Shown here in pieces: positions 61,488-64,000 of a stretch of 64,000 bases of DNA. The translations under genes were made by a program, and so were the position numbers. Source of the stretch: Glaucostegus cemiculus (lineage: Eukaryota); NCBI GenBank assembly GCA_976551045.1, contig CDPCPM010000344.1, positions 13,888,001 through 13,952,000 of the forward strand, read 5' to 3'. The notes below the pieces were generated by a model, which worked only from the letters and a program-made list of their open reading frames with translations, had not been told where the DNA came from and did not search any database. Within the stretch, counting starts at the first letter, position 1; every line of letters starts with the position of its first letter.

Positions 61488-61951
61488 CTGAAGGAAACAC
61501 TTGTAGTTACATTGTGTTTCTCCTTGGGTGGAATCTAACTAAGGAGGCATCAGGATTTTCCAAACTAATGATCTGAGGACGTACTGCTGGAAAGACTAGG
61601 GCAGGGGAAGAGTTAGTGGGGAGAAGATATCCTCTGCCTTTGTGTCAGAAATTCATTAACTCTCTCAACAATCCAGACTAGCTCTGGAAAACACAGTGCA
61701 GGCAGACAGAGACACTTATACACTGTGAAGGATGGATTTTTCAGAGATTGCTAAAGTTAGGGGCATCAAATAAATCAGCGTCTTAAAAAGGTGATCTGGT
61801 TTTTGACAGTATCTTTTATGATCTCAGACCAAACTGTTTAACAGCTATCGTGCCACTCATTTTGTAACTGGTTCTGAGAGTAGGTTTATAATTTCAGAAG
61901 AAAGTTTCACGCAGCCTGTTTCTCCCTGCTCCGATCTGGTTTTAAGATATA

Positions 61952-62189
61952 GGGCGGCACGGCAGCGTAGCGGTTAGCGCGACGCTGTTACAGCGCCAGC
62001 GAGCGGGGTTTGATTCCCGTCGCTGACTGTAAGGGGTTTGTACGTTCTCCCGTGTCTGCGTGGGTTTCCTCCGGGTGCTCCGGTTCCCTCCCACGTCCTA
62101 AAGGACGTACGGGTAGGTTAATTTGGGGGGTTTAAAATGGACGGCGCGGGCCTGTTACCACGCTGTAAATAAAATATTAAAAATTTAAA
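61952..62189 (+). mobile_element. Young V-SINE type 2 with 8-bp TSD
   Basis: AAGATATA at 61944-61951 and 62190-62197; CpG-rich head and V domain. Confidence 0.9.
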
Positions 62190-62859
62190 AAGATATACTG
62201 GGAGTATGGGAGCGACTTAGCTCCTGGGTGAAAGTGAGTGCCTCAGAGCAGCAGTTCCAAACTGATACAGTGGTTGCTGAGGAAGAGGCAACACCTGCCC
62301 TTCACTAAGCAAAGTTAATTCTGCAAGCATGGCAGCAACATTTTAGTTTAGTGTCACAGGAAGTGAATGTACGGAGGTGATTATAGTTAGCAGTTGATCA
62401 TCTCCCTAGTATTTAGCATCAGCAAATAAAGACAAGCTTCTTCCCTTCCTTCCCCCAAGTTGCCCGCAGTTCAGACACGGGAGAGGTGCAGGAGCCCTGA
62501 TCGGGTAAGGACAGGCTTTGGGTTCCATCTGCTGGCAGACTTGGCAACTGCAGCTTCGATGGTACAAACCAAAACCTCTCTCGGTTGTTGAAAAGCAAAT
62601 AAAAACTCCAGCTGCTGGAAATCTGCAATGAAGCAGAAGATGCTGCAAATTCTCAGCGGGTCAGGCAGCAGCTGCAGAGTGAGAAAAAGGGTTAATGCTT
62701 CAGATCACTGACCTTTCAACAGAATTCTACCTTCCTGATAACCTGACCCAACCCCAACAGAACCAGACTGTGAGGGGTTTGGTTCAGGTGGATATTCTAA
62801 AAAACCATCTGGGGTGGGACGAGGCTGTGCTGTGGCAGCTTGGCTCAGTACATGATCTA

Positions 62860-63210
62860 AGACAGACGATTTACTTCGTATCTCTGCATGTGAACACATG
62901 TTTGAGATTGTAATGTTTTTTTTTCCCCAGGATAAAGAAATCTAAAAGTAGAGAGCATAGATTGAAGGTGAGAGGGGATTTTAAAGGGACGAAGGGCAAC
63001 TTTTGCCACCCAGAGGGTGATGGGTATGTGGAACGAGCCGCCAGAGGAAGCTGTGGAGGCCGGTGCAATGACAATATTGAAAAGACATTTGGACAGGTTC
63101 ATGGAGAGAAAAGGTTCAGAGGGAAATGGGCCAAATGCAGGCAAATGGGCCTAGCTCGGTTGGCATGTTGGGCTAAAGGGCCAGTTTCCATGCCGTATAA
63201 CTCTATGACA
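62860..63210 (+). mobile_element. CR1 3' fragment
   Basis: cagagggtgatggg..tggaacgagc.gccagaggaag; gggccagtttccatgc tail. Confidence 0.75.
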
Positions 63211-63627
63211 ATGCATGAGTCGGGTCAGATTGAGTATGGAAAAGGTGATGTTGGGTCAGGTTTGCATTAGCTGTGGACAAGTTGTGCTCCTGCCGGGATT
63301 TAATTTTACACCCGCACAGGCATATAACTCCCTCTGCAGGCTGCGGCATGGGCATCAACAGGTTTTATCAACCAGCGCTCCCAGAACATTCACGGGACAG
63401 TGCAGTCAGGCCAGTCTGGGTGGCAGCAGCTTTGCTCTGTGGTCACATTAGACCTGAACAACTGATTTACACACAACTTTGTTTTTGGTGTGACTCTCGG
63501 TGGTGTAAGTGAGGAGGGAGAGGACGCCAACAGCTTTGGCTGGATGTCAATAAAAAGCTCTAACTTCATGGTGAAATTAGCAAAGCAAAAGGAAATCTAT
63601 AACATGATGTCACTGCCGAACTCCCAA

Positions 63628-63790
63628 GTTTCTTGTATAATTTTTGTCTCATTTATGTATAATTCATGTTTTTCTTGTGAATGTTGTGTAGCTGATGCTC
63701 TGTGCCTGTGCTGCTGCTGCTGCAAGTACATTTTTCATTGCGCCTGTGCATATTTGTACTTGGGCATATGACAATAAACTTGACTTTGAT
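63628..63790 (+). mobile_element. Rex1-like 3' tail
   Basis: gcatatgacaataaacttgactttga. Confidence 0.7.
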
Positions 63791-64000
63791 CTTGAGCAAC
63801 TGCACCCCACTGTCTATCTCTCTCCCAACCACATCTCACCTGACACCTACATCCTTGCATTTTCCAGCGGGGATAACCAGGAGATTCCCAGGAGAAGGGA
63901 TCCTGGTGTGATGGCCTCATCGACGCATGAAATGGTGCATTTACCTCCTGAGGTTCAGAAGGGGAGCTTGATGTCGCATCCATTGCACACACTTCCCCGT

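Overview
Eukaryotic vertebrate genomic DNA. The repeat complement (V-SINE/HE1-type SINEs, Deu-domain SINEs, CR1, Rex1, L1 and Penelope-like remnants) points to a cartilaginous fish, probably a ray; this is inference. The window is covered by one minus-strand gene for rootletin (CROCC-type ciliary rootlet coiled-coil protein). I traced 27 coding exons from 61487 down to the TGA at 3018-3020. All are GT-AG and phase-compatible, totalling 4951 nt (about 1649 aa of the C-terminal part). The 5' exons lie beyond 64000. The introns are packed with retroelements, including three Russian-doll nests. Most notable: hammerhead-ribozyme-like motifs in Penelope-like repeats, a probable intron absence relative to human CROCC, an exon that recreates a 5' splice site after splicing, an intronic RFX X-box cluster, templated insertions, and two V-SINE subfamilies with different LINE-derived tails. 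I found no prokaryotic features or CRISPR, and no wholly new system that I can support. Exon boundaries were read base by base; repeat boundaries are approximate (about 10-30 bp).
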